A DNA stretch of 64,000 nucleotides, from positions 1 through 64,000 of the IMG/VR virus record IMGVR_UViG_2636415703_000001. One strand, 5' to 3'. Both the position numbers and the translations under genes were made by a program. Below are positions 27,800 to 37,960 of the stretch, in pieces. The notes under the pieces are model-generated. The model had not been told where the DNA came from. It saw only the letters and a program-made list of their open reading frames with translations, and searched no databases. The DNA comes from a virus. Its lineage: Duplodnaviria > Caudoviricetes. Within the stretch, counting starts at the first letter, position 1; every line of letters begins with the position of its first letter.

Positions 27800-29494
27800 T
27801 TGGCTACTAAAAATAAGGCATTGTCCGTTTTAAGCGCGTTAAGGCAGGCATTCCGGGGAGCGACGACTCAGGCACCACAGAGCCTCGCCTGGACCAACGG
27901 ACAGAACGTGGTCGTCTCACGCTCCGGGCTGGCGGCGATGGCCTATAACGAGGGGAAGGCGGGGGAAATGACTTCTGCCGGCGACAGTCTTTACCTGGGC
28001 GCGGAGCTGCCGCTGGACAGGCTGCAGCGATATGCGATTCTGGAGGAAATGGCGAACAGCCCGACGTGCTCAGCCGCACTGAATATCCACATTGGCCACG
28101 CACTCGCGCCGGACAAAAAAACCGGGCTGGCGTTCTCCATCGTGCCGGTTGATCCGTCCGACGCAGAAGGCGCGGCGCGGGCGAAAGAGCTGCAGGACGA
28201 TCTGGGCGCAATGATAAACCGGCATCTGCCGTCGCTGGCCATGACAATGGCTATTTTCGGCGTCTCTTATGTGCGGCCCTATGCCCGGACCGGAAAAGGG
28301 ATCACCAGCCTGGAAAACAGCTATTACTCGCTGCCTTACTTCATTCAGGAGTTTTACAAAGGCGATCAGCTGGTGGGCTTCGGCGGGGATTACGTGCTGG
28401 CACCCGACACCCATACCCGCACGCTGTCTGCGCCGTGGTCGCTGGTGCCGATGAAAAATCCCTACTGGACGCCTACGCGCAACGTGCAGCCGGTAACTTC
28501 CGGCAATCGTGGTTACTCTCTGCTGTCGGAAGAGGAAGACAAGGAGGTAGCGGAAACGCAGAACTACGGTACCAGCTTCCTGGCGCACGCCTATGAACCC
28601 TTCCTGAACCTGGTGGGCGCACTGAATGCGCTGAAGGCAACGCGCTATAACGCCGCCAAAATTGACCGGCTGATCGCCCTGACAACCAACTCACTCGATC
28701 CTGTCGTCGGCGCGAACTACACCCGCACCGTCTCGCAGACGCTCAAACGCCACGGCGAAGCACTCCAGAAAAAAGCGGTGAACGGCAACACCATGCCAAC
28801 CGTGATGAACCATGTGATCCCGGTGATGGGTGACGGCAAGAACGGCATTACAATTGATACGCAGTCGATACCTGCTGACATTACCGGCATCGAGGATGTG
28901 ATGTTTCACCTGCGCCAGCTGTGCGCCGCACTCGGTATCGACTCGACTATGCTCGGATGGGCCGATCAGATGGCAGGCGGGCTGGGCGAAGGTGGCTGGA
29001 TACAGACGGCTATTCAGGCGGCGCTCCGGGCGCAATGGCTTCGCCAGGGCGCGCAGGAGATGATTTACCGGCTGATCGACATTCACCTGGCGTTTAAATA
29101 TGGCAAGGTGTACCCGGTCAATGACCGCCCCTACGTGGTGCAGTTTAACTCCATGAACACCGCCATTCAGGAAGAAGAAAGCCGCGAAATGGACGCCCGC
29201 GCCAACTTCATTACCCTGATGGTGCAGGTTATGGACGCGCTGCAGGCTAATAACAAGCTGGCGGAAAACGATACGTTTATGCGTTATCTGTTCAGCGATC
29301 AGCTGAAAATGGACGGCGGCACGCTCGACAAAATGCTGGCGGAGTTTGAGAAAAGCAGGAAGAAAGCTGACGCGCAGGAGGATGAAGGCAGCGGCATGAT
29401 GAACGAATCGGCGCCTGACGGTTCGGATCCGGCCAGCTGGACTCATGACGAGCTGGTGGCATTTGCCCGTTATGTGACAGCACCAGGCAGCTAA
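27800..29494 (+). CDS. prt: Portal protein
   Basis: 564 aa, divergent from darB as in P1; SMLGWADQMAGGLGEGG motif. Confidence 0.85.
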   Translation: MATKNKALSVLSALRQAFRGATTQAPQSLAWTNGQNVVVSRSGLAAMAYNEGKAGEMTSAGDSLYLGAELPLDRLQRYAILEEMANSPTCSAALNIHIGHALAPDKKTGLAFSIVPVDPSDAEGAARAKELQDDLGAMINRHLPSLAMTMAIFGVSYVRPYARTGKGITSLENSYYSLPYFIQEFYKGDQLVGFGGDYVLAPDTHTRTLSAPWSLVPMKNPYWTPTRNVQPVTSGNRGYSLLSEEEDKEVAETQNYGTSFLAHAYEPFLNLVGALNALKATRYNAAKIDRLIALTTNSLDPVVGANYTRTVSQTLKRHGEALQKKAVNGNTMPTVMNHVIPVMGDGKNGITIDTQSIPADITGIEDVMFHLRQLCAALGIDSTMLGWADQMAGGLGEGGWIQTAIQAALRAQWLRQGAQEMIYRLIDIHLAFKYGKVYPVNDRPYVVQFNSMNTAIQEEESREMDARANFITLMVQVMDALQANNKLAENDTFMRYLFSDQLKMDGGTLDKMLAEFEKSRKKADAQEDEGSGMMNESAPDGSDPASWTHDELVAFARYVTAPGS

Positions 29495-29639
29495 CCAGCG
29501 TTAAAAAAAAGACCGCACATCACATCCAGGGAGGTGTGCGGTTGATAAACGCCTTATCAATGCGATAAAGAGGGAGATGTATCAAGAGTGATATTTCGCT
29601 GACAAGTAAATCAATGCCCCAGAGATACTGACAGGCAGC

Positions 29640-29906
29640 TTATTTTTTATTCGGCTTTTTTGCGATGCTGAATAAATCAGACGCATCAGACTTAGCCGTT
29701 TTTATATCGGGAAGTACCACGCAGTACGGACACGGCCCGACCTCTGTATAACTTCTTTTTGCCATGCTCAGCGCCTGAACTAACGAGTAACAGCTACCGA
29801 TAAAAGCCCGGTATTGTTTATCCGGCAGCTGCTTACAGTCAGTCCGGTTCAGTAGTAACCCGCTGCTTCCGCGGTCGCTGACGTAGAACTTTATGGCCTT
29901 ACTCAT
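29640..29906 (-). CDS. Small Cys-motif protein, paralog 1
   Basis: FYVS..C..LP...R.FIG...CPYC. Confidence 0.6.
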   Translation of the reverse strand: MSKAIKFYVSDRGSSGLLLNRTDCKQLPDKQYRAFIGSCYSLVQALSMAKRSYTEVGPCPYCVVLPDIKTAKSDASDLFSIAKKPNKK

Positions 29907-30498
29907 GCCATGACCTTCTGCTGTGTGTAACTCAAAGTACCATTCGGATGGATGCCATTCGTGATTATCCCTAACCCGTAATAGCGGCAGACATGTCTAT
30001 GCAAAATTTATATAACAAAATTTTTCACATTATCCCGTCTGCGTTGACAAAAGTTATCACTAACTTAATTAATTGAAAAACACTTTTAACGGACTTTATT
30101 TTTATCTTGTACAGATGAAATTTTTTTTCAGCAGAATTAAAATCATAAAATTAATCTAACTGACTGATCTGCCGTCTCGCTTGCATAGTAAACTAGTAGA
30201 ATATGCAAATAATTTCAGATTTATTACCGGTAAAAAAAACCAAAAAAATCTAGAGTGAATTATTTAGCGCCACTGGATTACCGCATAAAGATCAGTTTTT
30301 ATGTACAAGTAATCATTGCTTTTATCAAAAAAATTGACCTTCAATCGAAGCTGTTTAATACAACAAGAAATAATATATCAGAGTTATTATTTTTTGTCTT
30401 CTGACAGTTAGCAGCACAAAAAAAGCCGCACCCGGATATTCCAGTGTGCAGCTTCAGATTATTTTCTTATAGTAAATGCCCTGCTGTGACAAGCGCAG

Positions 30499-30960
30499 CT
30501 AATTGGGCCACTCATATAAAAAGTGTTGCACCGCAACGACCTCCAGGCCTCTCTTGATTTTCACAACCTGCTGAGGGCCGGTCGGCTCAAGTTCGATCGC
30601 CTGTTTAATCAATGGTGCTGCAGGCTTAACAGCCGCCGCTTTGACCGGCTGGCATGCCTGCGTCGCCATCATTTTCTTTGCTTTGGCCGCAGGCCTCTTT
30701 ATGGGCTTCTGGCTGAGATTCAGCAGCCGCTCTTTGCAGGAGTCTGTTTCTTCAGGATTCTGGTTTTTCAAACATACTGGGCATCGCTCGGAATTACTAT
30801 GATGCGTAAGTGCCACCGTCATCGCCTGCTTTGGGGTATAGAGCGTGCCGATAAATATCCGGCTATCAGGCGTTTTCGGCAGAATTTTACAGCCTTCACG
30901 ATGCAGCAGAGTACCGCTTTCATGATGAAAGCTGAGGTAGTATTTCTTTGCTTCTAACAT
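30499..30960 (-). CDS. Small Cys-motif protein, paralog 2
   Basis: YYLS..LHREGC..LP...RIFIG...CPVC. Confidence 0.6.
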   Translation of the reverse strand: MLEAKKYYLSFHHESGTLLHREGCKILPKTPDSRIFIGTLYTPKQAMTVALTHHSNSERCPVCLKNQNPEETDSCKERLLNLSQKPIKRPAAKAKKMMATQACQPVKAAAVKPAAPLIKQAIELEPTGPQQVVKIKRGLEVVAVQHFLYEWPN

Positions 30961-31169
30961 GCTAAATCCTTCGAGCAGTATTGAATCTGATTAAACAGAA
31001 ACAAGGTAATGATATTGACTCTTATTATCAACCTTTTAATTTGTGGGTATACAGCCTGTATAATTCAGCCTGGCACTGAATTATACGCGCACAAAGTTAA
31101 TTAAAATAAATTAACAGCCGTAGCCTGAATCGGCCCTGATATCTCAGCCATAAAGTAAATCATGACGCT

Positions 31170-31427
31170 TCAGTGTAGCAGCGAAATGATTTTCCAATCA
31201 GTTGAAATAATATCGTCAGGAGTCGGATCATAAAAAGACAGCCCGCCTGACTCGCTCATGACAATAAATTGTCTTTGACTGTCAGCGTCTGTTTCAGTGA
31301 ATACGTGAACTGGTGTATCGCCCCACTTGGTACGACGACAGATAATACTGTCCGTCTGGCTTATGGCTGTCATGGCGTAGTTAAAACCTGTTTCCGCCTG
31401 GGATGGCGTGTCGGGGATATCAGACAT
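31170..31427 (-). CDS. Stand-alone DUF2829/Tad2-like protein
   Basis: GFNYAM...RRTKW...YDPTPDDIISTDWKI; GGGAG SD. Confidence 0.7.
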   Translation of the reverse strand: MSDIPDTPSQAETGFNYAMTAISQTDSIICRRTKWGDTPVHVFTETDADSQRQFIVMSESGGLSFYDPTPDDIISTDWKIISLLH

Positions 31428-31479
31428 GAAATGCTCCCTGTGCTTTGAGACGCGTCACAACAAGAGGTTCCAATCTCCG

Positions 31480-31560
31480 GGTGGTGACGTTGACAGGGTT
31501 GGAACTACCGGCGCACAAGAAAACCGGCCTACCCGAAGGTAGCCCCGCCAACGCCACCAT
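31480..31560 (-). ncRNA. c4: C4-type antisense RNA with a1/b1 and a2/b2 targets
   Basis: Cloverleaf GGTGGCGTTGGCGGGG-CTACC TTCG GGTAG-GCCGG TTTTCTTGTGCG CCGGT-AGTTCCAA-CCCTGTCAACGTCACC; complementary TTGGAAC loops near 31467 and 31632. Confidence 0.8.
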
Positions 31561-31763
31561 AGATACGCCTGGTTTTTTCCAGACGTGGTAGCGCCGAAGG
31601 CACTGAGTGCCTGTTCTTATGCTTCAGCAGGGTTCCAATCCTGACCGCTATACTCACGCGGCGCGGACACTATAGCCACCATGTTGATAAATTCAATATG
31701 TCTTATGTGAAATTATCCACTGGTCATTAGATCCAGACGCGGGTGAAGATTAACTAACCTCAT

Positions 31764-31784
31764 AAATTACAACCTTTCTACCAT
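31764..31784 (+). promoter_or_regulatory. Putative late promoter of pro
   Basis: AAATTACA-ACCTTTC-TACCAT. Confidence 0.65.
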
Positions 31785-31854
31785 CCTCCCGCGCTGGTGA
31801 TCACCTGCGCTGCCTCCGCTTTGCGGGGTATCCCAATGTGATTATGAGGTTTTT

Positions 31855-32859
31855 ATGAACGCTCTCCGCACTGTTACGGACCGTTTTTCGCTGATTGATA
31901 AAATCCGCCGCTTTACGCCACAGAATGACCGCAATTACCTGCTGCGCTCTGTACGTGAAACGTTCGCCAACCCTGAAACCCTGGAGCGAATCCAGCTGGG
32001 GGAAATGTTCGGGTATTACGGCCACGGACGCCGCGCCGCCTACTATGCGAAGACCGGGCGGCTAAACCTGCCTGAATTTGCAGTTGTGATGATCGACGGC
32101 AAGCCGGTGACGCTGGAAAACGTGCCGTCTAACCGGACGCTTGAGGCCAGCGTGGATGATAACGGCATCGTGACTCACGTTCAGGAGATTCTGGACACTG
32201 AGCCAGGCAACATCGTTGACGGCATGAACCGTTCCCGCGCCGGTGGCTGGTCATGGGCGACAGGCGGCGACGACAACGCCATCTCAAAAGTGACCAGTTT
32301 TCACGGCTTCGATTACGTGACCAATCCAAACTATATCAGCCAGGATCACCCTGCTCTTCTGCTGGAATCTGCCAGCGAACGCGCTGACGCGATGCACGCG
32401 GGCCTGATTGAAAAGGGGTATTCGGAGAACCAGGCGGCTGACATTATCCAGCACTTTGAAACCCTGCGCGCCCAGGCGGCAATGCTGGAGTCTGCGGATT
32501 CTTCGCTGATGGAATCGGCGCTTCACATTGAGCATGGAAAGCGTCTGGAGCTGGAGGAACGTCTGCGCAGCGCGCAACTGATGATCGAGAATGCAGGCGC
32601 CGTCGCAAAGACACGCCGCCGGATTATGAAAGATGCGCTGGCTAACATGCCGCTGTTTTTAAGTAAAGCCCAGCAGGCGGCACTATGCCGGATGGACACG
32701 CCGGAAGACGCGCAGATTGTCGCGGCAATGCTGGAATCAATTGGCACAAATGCGACGGCCACGCTGCCGATTGGAACAGCCCACCAGCACACATTACCGC
32801 AGACGCGCCCGCCAGCCGTGAACTCAGCACCGCTACTCTGGATCAACACGAAGCGGTAA
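31855..32859 (+). CDS. pro: Head-processing protease
   Basis: GYYGH, H.QE, GGWSWA, GFDYV..PNY motifs; P1 synteny. Confidence 0.88.
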   Translation: MNALRTVTDRFSLIDKIRRFTPQNDRNYLLRSVRETFANPETLERIQLGEMFGYYGHGRRAAYYAKTGRLNLPEFAVVMIDGKPVTLENVPSNRTLEASVDDNGIVTHVQEILDTEPGNIVDGMNRSRAGGWSWATGGDDNAISKVTSFHGFDYVTNPNYISQDHPALLLESASERADAMHAGLIEKGYSENQAADIIQHFETLRAQAAMLESADSSLMESALHIEHGKRLELEERLRSAQLMIENAGAVAKTRRRIMKDALANMPLFLSKAQQAALCRMDTPEDAQIVAAMLESIGTNATATLPIGTAHQHTLPQTRPPAVNSAPLLWINTKR

Positions 32860-33198
32860 TGGGAAAAGAAAACCGTGCCCGGAATGAGCGGGCACGTTTT
32901 AGACGAAACTAAAAATTAGGAAAAAACTGAGTGTTGATCCTTTTTTGGATCGCGTTTATTATCCGCGCTCTGATTCAGTTTGACGGCTGAACCAAAGACG
33001 AAAAAAAATCGCCTGTTGACGCAGACGATTTTTAAACAACTTTGTGTGGTCTTCGACAACCACACCGGCGTTGTGCCGCATAACTTCTTTGAACGGAAGT
33101 TGCCCTTAATTCCCAGTAGCAAGGTACCTCTAGCAAGGAACCAAAATGATTAGAGCCTCGCAAAAAAAAGAGACTGCAACCATGACGGAACTAAAAGC

Positions 33199-34116
33199 AT
33201 GTCTGAAATCACAAGGATTCCAAACGTGTCTATAGTAGCTAATAGCACCGATCCCGGCAACACTTTTCCCGCAATTCGCTCAAATAACGAGCACAGATCT
33301 GCCCGAATTACAGGCTTTGATCTTACTCACATTATCGAGCTATCACCCCTCCCGAAGTCAGTAAGCCGCGTCTTAAAATTTGCCTGCAATCTGGCCGGTT
33401 CCACGTCCGAGTTCATCATCATCAAATCGCTCCGGAATCTGGCTGAAGAAGCCGGTTGCAGTATCTCAACCGTTCAGCGAGCCTACCGTGCTGCCGTTAA
33501 GCTGGGGATCCTCAGCTATGAAGAGCAGCGCGATGAGAAAAATCACAGCGTCAGCAAACCCAGTAAGTACACATTTACCAGTAAAGCCCTGTCCTTTGTC
33601 CAGGCGAGTCTGGATGCTTTGAAAGAGGCAAATCTGAAACCGTCAGGCCGTCAGACTATTGTCCGGAGGGTTATCGCTAACGCCTTCTTTAAAAACGATT
33701 TTATCCACAATACCCCTGGTCAGAATGAACAGGCTACCCCTGGTCAAACTGACCAACAAGAATTAAGAGATCACTCCAGTAAAAGAGAAATACAAAATGG
33801 GGAGCCATTAAATTCTGAGGTTAAAAAGTCAGCAGAGCCACAACTGGTACCGGTGAAAAAAATCGGGCTCTACCAGAACACACAAAAGCAGCTGGCAGCA
33901 GCATCGTCAGCAGCACAAAATGAGCGAAGCGCAGAAGAGTATCAGCGCAAAGGCGGCGTACTGCATGAAGCCTACCAAGCGCTTAAGTCCACGTTCAGGG
34001 CAAAGCCTGCTGGTGGCAGGAAGCCGAAAGGCCGCCGCTACTCTGACCCATTGAGCGGCAGCTTTTCGGCGGGTTTGGATTACTCAGTCATACCTGAAGG
34101 CTTTCGAGGCTGTTAA
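33199..34116 (+). CDS. repL: Lytic replication initiator RepL
   Basis: NLAGSTSEF, wHTH LAEEAGCSISTVQRA, C-terminal IPEGFRG match recalled P1 RepL. Confidence 0.88.
   Translation: MSEITRIPNVSIVANSTDPGNTFPAIRSNNEHRSARITGFDLTHIIELSPLPKSVSRVLKFACNLAGSTSEFIIIKSLRNLAEEAGCSISTVQRAYRAAVKLGILSYEEQRDEKNHSVSKPSKYTFTSKALSFVQASLDALKEANLKPSGRQTIVRRVIANAFFKNDFIHNTPGQNEQATPGQTDQQELRDHSSKREIQNGEPLNSEVKKSAEPQLVPVKKIGLYQNTQKQLAAASSAAQNERSAEEYQRKGGVLHEAYQALKSTFRAKPAGGRKPKGRRYSDPLSGSFSAGLDYSVIPEGFRGC
33701..33756. other. Putative oriL inside repL
   Basis: Perfect DnaA box TTATCCACA (33701) followed by TACCCCTGGTCA direct repeats at 33711 and 33735. Confidence 0.6.
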
Positions 34117-34604
34117 TCGGTAACTGTGCCACCAGCGTTCACATAGGCCGTCAGCAGCGCTTCAATCTTGTGCGTTTTCTGACCATAAGGTGAGCCAGTG
34201 AGCGAGGCCCAGATATCATTGGTTTTACCGATCGCCGTGCGGATCCGCCCTGCCAGCACGTCGGCATAAGCACCCTGCTCTTTCAGCAGTTGATCGAGTA
34301 ACCGCTCCTGTGAGGCAGGACTAAAATCAGGCAGACCCAGCTGCTTTTTGTAGGCAGGCCAGTAGCGATAAAGCTGCTGATAGCGGCCCGCTGCGGTTGA
34401 TGCCAGGCCATTGTGATTAATCTGTTTCGCATTGCGATGTGCAAACGGGTGATCACCGAAGTCGGTAAAGATCTCACCCTGCATTTCACCCAGCCCGGTC
34501 ACGATGACGTCGTAGCCGCGCATGCGTGTTAACGGGTGAGTACTGGTGCCTTCTGAAAAGGCCAGCATGTCACCAAAGGCTTTACGGTTTGGGGATTGTT
34601 CCAT
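34113..34604 (-). CDS. Lambda-R-like (GH104) endolysin
   Basis: AF.DMLAFSEGT, GYDVIV, DHP, STAAGRYQ, WASL..SPYGQ. Confidence 0.9.
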   Translation of the reverse strand: MEQSPNRKAFGDMLAFSEGTSTHPLTRMRGYDVIVTGLGEMQGEIFTDFGDHPFAHRNAKQINHNGLASTAAGRYQQLYRYWPAYKKQLGLPDFSPASQERLLDQLLKEQGAYADVLAGRIRTAIGKTNDIWASLTGSPYGQKTHKIEALLTAYVNAGGTVTD

Positions 34605-34638
34605 TGTGGTTCCGCTCTCAGTATTGATAAAGAGCGGT

Positions 34639-34659
34639 AATGTAGGGAGTTTGTACTTT
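34639..34659 (-). promoter_or_regulatory. Putative late promoter of endolysin
   Basis: AAAGTACA-AACTCCC-TACATT. Confidence 0.6.
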
Positions 34660-34754
34660 TCATGTTTAATCCATTGCATAATCAATGTATGTACACTTAC
34701 TCTATTCTTAATGAGCTACATTAGTTATAAAAAACTCAAGGAATATATAATTTA

Positions 34755-36467
34755 ATGAAAGGTACAAATCCCTTAATAATCCAACTTTACAATATGGATG
34801 AGTCTGTCATAAGACGCTTCGAAAAAGAGAATTTAGAGCATTCAGAGCATCCACTCAATGGAATGATTGATGTAGAAAATATAGATGAGATCCCTTACTT
34901 TTCTTCTATACCTAATAATATTCATGAAGCTGATTTCATCATTATAGATACTACAGCGAGAAAACAAAAACCAGCAAACCGCTCAAGCAATATAAACATT
35001 CAAGTGCCAGACGGTGTTACTCATTATAATATTTTGCCTTTTGATGTTCATAGCATCATGAATGGCGTAAAACAAACCAGCCATAATCAATGTGTTATTT
35101 TTTTCATGAGCCGTTATTTTGCAGCCCAATATACTGTTTTCCTTGAAGGCTATGCAAAGCCATCACACCCTAATTACAACACGACAGGCATTGAATATAA
35201 CGACGTCTCACGCGCGCCAAAATCAAGGCAAGGAAGTTTCTTTTCACCTCCCGGTGACAATAAATATAGAAACATTACTAAATTATTGAATAAACATATT
35301 AAAGATGCAATTTATAATGTTGTATTTCCGCAATCTCTTGACTCAACACTATTAATGTCTAAATCAGGAGAAGTAGTATCAAAAGTCAGCGAATGGAACA
35401 CGAAAGTTCTTTTCTTTTTTCCTGACATAAGAGATAAGGCTGGATTCTTAGCTGAATTGTTTACCAGCGTATTCCCTAGCGAGAAATACGATTTCATTAG
35501 CAAAAATCTCTCAGATTATGGAGATTTTAGATGGATTAATGATTTCCCATACTTATCTCATAATGAAAGAAAAATAAATATTAATATAGCCACTGAAAAA
35601 GCTAGACATGAAAAGGCCTTAAATACCTTAGAGCACAGCCTAACTTATGAGTCCCAACGCATTGAAAATGTTAAGCTAAAAAAATTACTTACTGAAACCG
35701 GTGATGATCTTAAGGACTCCGTTGAGTGGTTCTTAGAATATATAGGTTTCGATAACATCGAAAACCCTGATGAAAAAACCCATAACCAAAATGAGAAAAT
35801 TTATGAAGAAGATATCAGGATTGTCTCGCCTGAGATTACTTATATTATAGAGACTAAAGGGCTTGGTGGAACGTCAACTGATTCCGACTGCGCACAACCG
35901 TCGAAAATAGTCCTTAGAAAAGAGGATGCAGACCTTGCTAAAAATAATGGGGCTGCAACTATTAATTATAAGGCTGTATATATAGTAAATAGTCAAAGAT
36001 ATAAAGAGCCAAAAATCAGAGATAACCCGCCCTTTAAAAAGCAGCAAATTGAAGATGCAAGAATAGCCAGAAGAGCGATGACCACCACATATGAATTATT
36101 CACCACATTTCATATGATAGAGGCCGGAATTTTATCAAAAAGCAACGCTAGGGATGCATTTAAACAAAGTGGTTTAATTAACTTTAAGGTGGGAATAAAA
36201 TCATTATTTTGCGATGATCGTTTTGATGGTCCTGCTGTATACTCTTTTGACCTAAGTAAAACACCAGAAATAGAAATTAATGAAGATGATTGTGTTGCAT
36301 TCCAAGATGGAGACGACCATTGGTATCTATCGCCTATCATCGAAATACAAATCAAAAATTGCAAGGTAAGTTCCGTTAATGCTTCATCAGGCGCCAGTGC
36401 AGGAGTAAAGTTAAAAAAATATATTAAGTCGGCTAAAAACTTCTATCTAAAGAAAGCTCACAGTTGA
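34755..36467 (+). CDS. AT-rich protein with C-terminal PD-(D/E)xK nuclease-like domain
   Basis: 570 aa; coiled coil then EEDIRI...IIETKG...CAQ. Confidence 0.65.
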   Translation: MKGTNPLIIQLYNMDESVIRRFEKENLEHSEHPLNGMIDVENIDEIPYFSSIPNNIHEADFIIIDTTARKQKPANRSSNINIQVPDGVTHYNILPFDVHSIMNGVKQTSHNQCVIFFMSRYFAAQYTVFLEGYAKPSHPNYNTTGIEYNDVSRAPKSRQGSFFSPPGDNKYRNITKLLNKHIKDAIYNVVFPQSLDSTLLMSKSGEVVSKVSEWNTKVLFFFPDIRDKAGFLAELFTSVFPSEKYDFISKNLSDYGDFRWINDFPYLSHNERKININIATEKARHEKALNTLEHSLTYESQRIENVKLKKLLTETGDDLKDSVEWFLEYIGFDNIENPDEKTHNQNEKIYEEDIRIVSPEITYIIETKGLGGTSTDSDCAQPSKIVLRKEDADLAKNNGAATINYKAVYIVNSQRYKEPKIRDNPPFKKQQIEDARIARRAMTTTYELFTTFHMIEAGILSKSNARDAFKQSGLINFKVGIKSLFCDDRFDGPAVYSFDLSKTPEIEINEDDCVAFQDGDDHWYLSPIIEIQIKNCKVSSVNASSGASAGVKLKKYIKSAKNFYLKKAHS

Positions 36468-36537
36468 TAAGTTAAAGGCCGCCTCGACGGCCTTTAAATT
36501 TGCCCTACTAAATATTACGTTCTAACAAGTTATGTAG

Positions 36538-37917
36538 CTATAGCGTGCTTTCAACCGCAGATTCAGGCGAAAACATGGCAAAAGACATGCCTCTGCCTTC
36601 GCCAAATTCCTCTTCAATCTCCCCGGATACGGCGGTCAGAACGTCGGTCAGCGTCAGCTCACCGCCGCCGAACATATCCCCCAGCGCCTGCTGCTGGTGT
36701 AACAGCTCGTCATTGATCTTCTGCGCCATCTTTTTAAACGCGGCCCCGATACGTTTCGCGCTGCGGTTGTTTGCCACGATAAACAGCGCCAGTGCTTCGG
36801 CCTCTTTGCTGGATTCCTCAAATAGTCCCTGCTGTGCCAGCACTTCCTGTATGGCCTGCCCGCTGTCTTTTGCCTGGCGCACCAGCTTGATCGCATCCTG
36901 CAGCGCGGCGATTGCCTGCTGATCAAGCCCATCAACCGACTGCACCCCGTCCACCAGTCCGGTGACGGCCTGGCGGTGAACGTCTCCGGACAGCATCTGC
37001 ATCTGCGCAAATTCGCTTGCCGATGTGTTAAGCGCCGTCAGGATGTTGCGCATTTCCGGGTCCGGCTCTTCGGATACCAGTTTAACCAGGCGTTCATCTT
37101 TGTAGGCGCGGGCAAAGATCGCATTCTGCATACGGTCGATCAGCTGCTTCGTCGGGCGCCCGTCTTCGGTCAACAGGCCTGCCGTCGCCGTGTCGCCAAT
37201 CTCTTTCATGAATGCCCGGATAAAGCTGTCATTTGAGCGCGCCAGAAGGTTGCCGTCGTCGGACGGATTGAATATGGCCATCAGCCGTTCATCAAGCATT
37301 TCGGCATCAACAAAGGCCTTCTCGCTCGCTGCCATTTCCTGCAAATCAGAGAGGTTTGAGTCTTTCGCAAACTGCGCCCGGTCAACGTCCGTAATACGCT
37401 CACGCACCAATACCGGCATATCCATCTGCGCTATATCTGACGCTTTAAGGCCGTAGTCTTTTGCGTGGTCGATCAGGTACTGCCGGTACTCGTCGGCCTG
37501 TCCCTGCTCATAGGCGCGGGTGATCCCCATCGAGCGGCCATTGCCCGACTCCACCACATTATCAGCGCCTACGATTGGCGCGCCGTGGCTGCTCATACCT
37601 GAATCGGTCAGCTTGGCCGGTCGGAGGTTGCCCGCGATTTTGGAAACCTGCACTTTGCTGGTCAGGCGGGTGCGGTCGCGTGGCTGCAACTCAGCCGGGA
37701 ACAGCGGGTTAATGGTGCCATCGAGGTTGTTGGAGATGATTAGATGGCGCGCATCCACCACCTTAAACGCGGTCTTTACTTCCTGCCCTTTGCCGGTGAC
37801 GACGTATGACGATCGCCCGGTTGTGGTCTGCGCCTTACGCAATGAGCCCACCAGCCCGATCAGGGCAAATATGCTGCCAGCTTCGCTCAGCAGATTTTGA
37901 ATTTTCTCGTTCAGCAT
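36538..37917 (-). CDS. ddrB: DdrB (ParB-like domain)
   Basis: ELQPRDR, GAPIVG, VESGNGR; follows ddrA. Confidence 0.8.
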   Translation of the reverse strand: MLNEKIQNLLSEAGSIFALIGLVGSLRKAQTTTGRSSYVVTGKGQEVKTAFKVVDARHLIISNNLDGTINPLFPAELQPRDRTRLTSKVQVSKIAGNLRPAKLTDSGMSSHGAPIVGADNVVESGNGRSMGITRAYEQGQADEYRQYLIDHAKDYGLKASDIAQMDMPVLVRERITDVDRAQFAKDSNLSDLQEMAASEKAFVDAEMLDERLMAIFNPSDDGNLLARSNDSFIRAFMKEIGDTATAGLLTEDGRPTKQLIDRMQNAIFARAYKDERLVKLVSEEPDPEMRNILTALNTSASEFAQMQMLSGDVHRQAVTGLVDGVQSVDGLDQQAIAALQDAIKLVRQAKDSGQAIQEVLAQQGLFEESSKEAEALALFIVANNRSAKRIGAAFKKMAQKINDELLHQQQALGDMFGGGELTLTDVLTAVSGEIEEEFGEGRGMSFAMFSPESAVESTL

Positions 37918-37960
37918 TTTGATTCCGGGAATAAAAAACCCCGCCGAAACGGGGTTAGGA

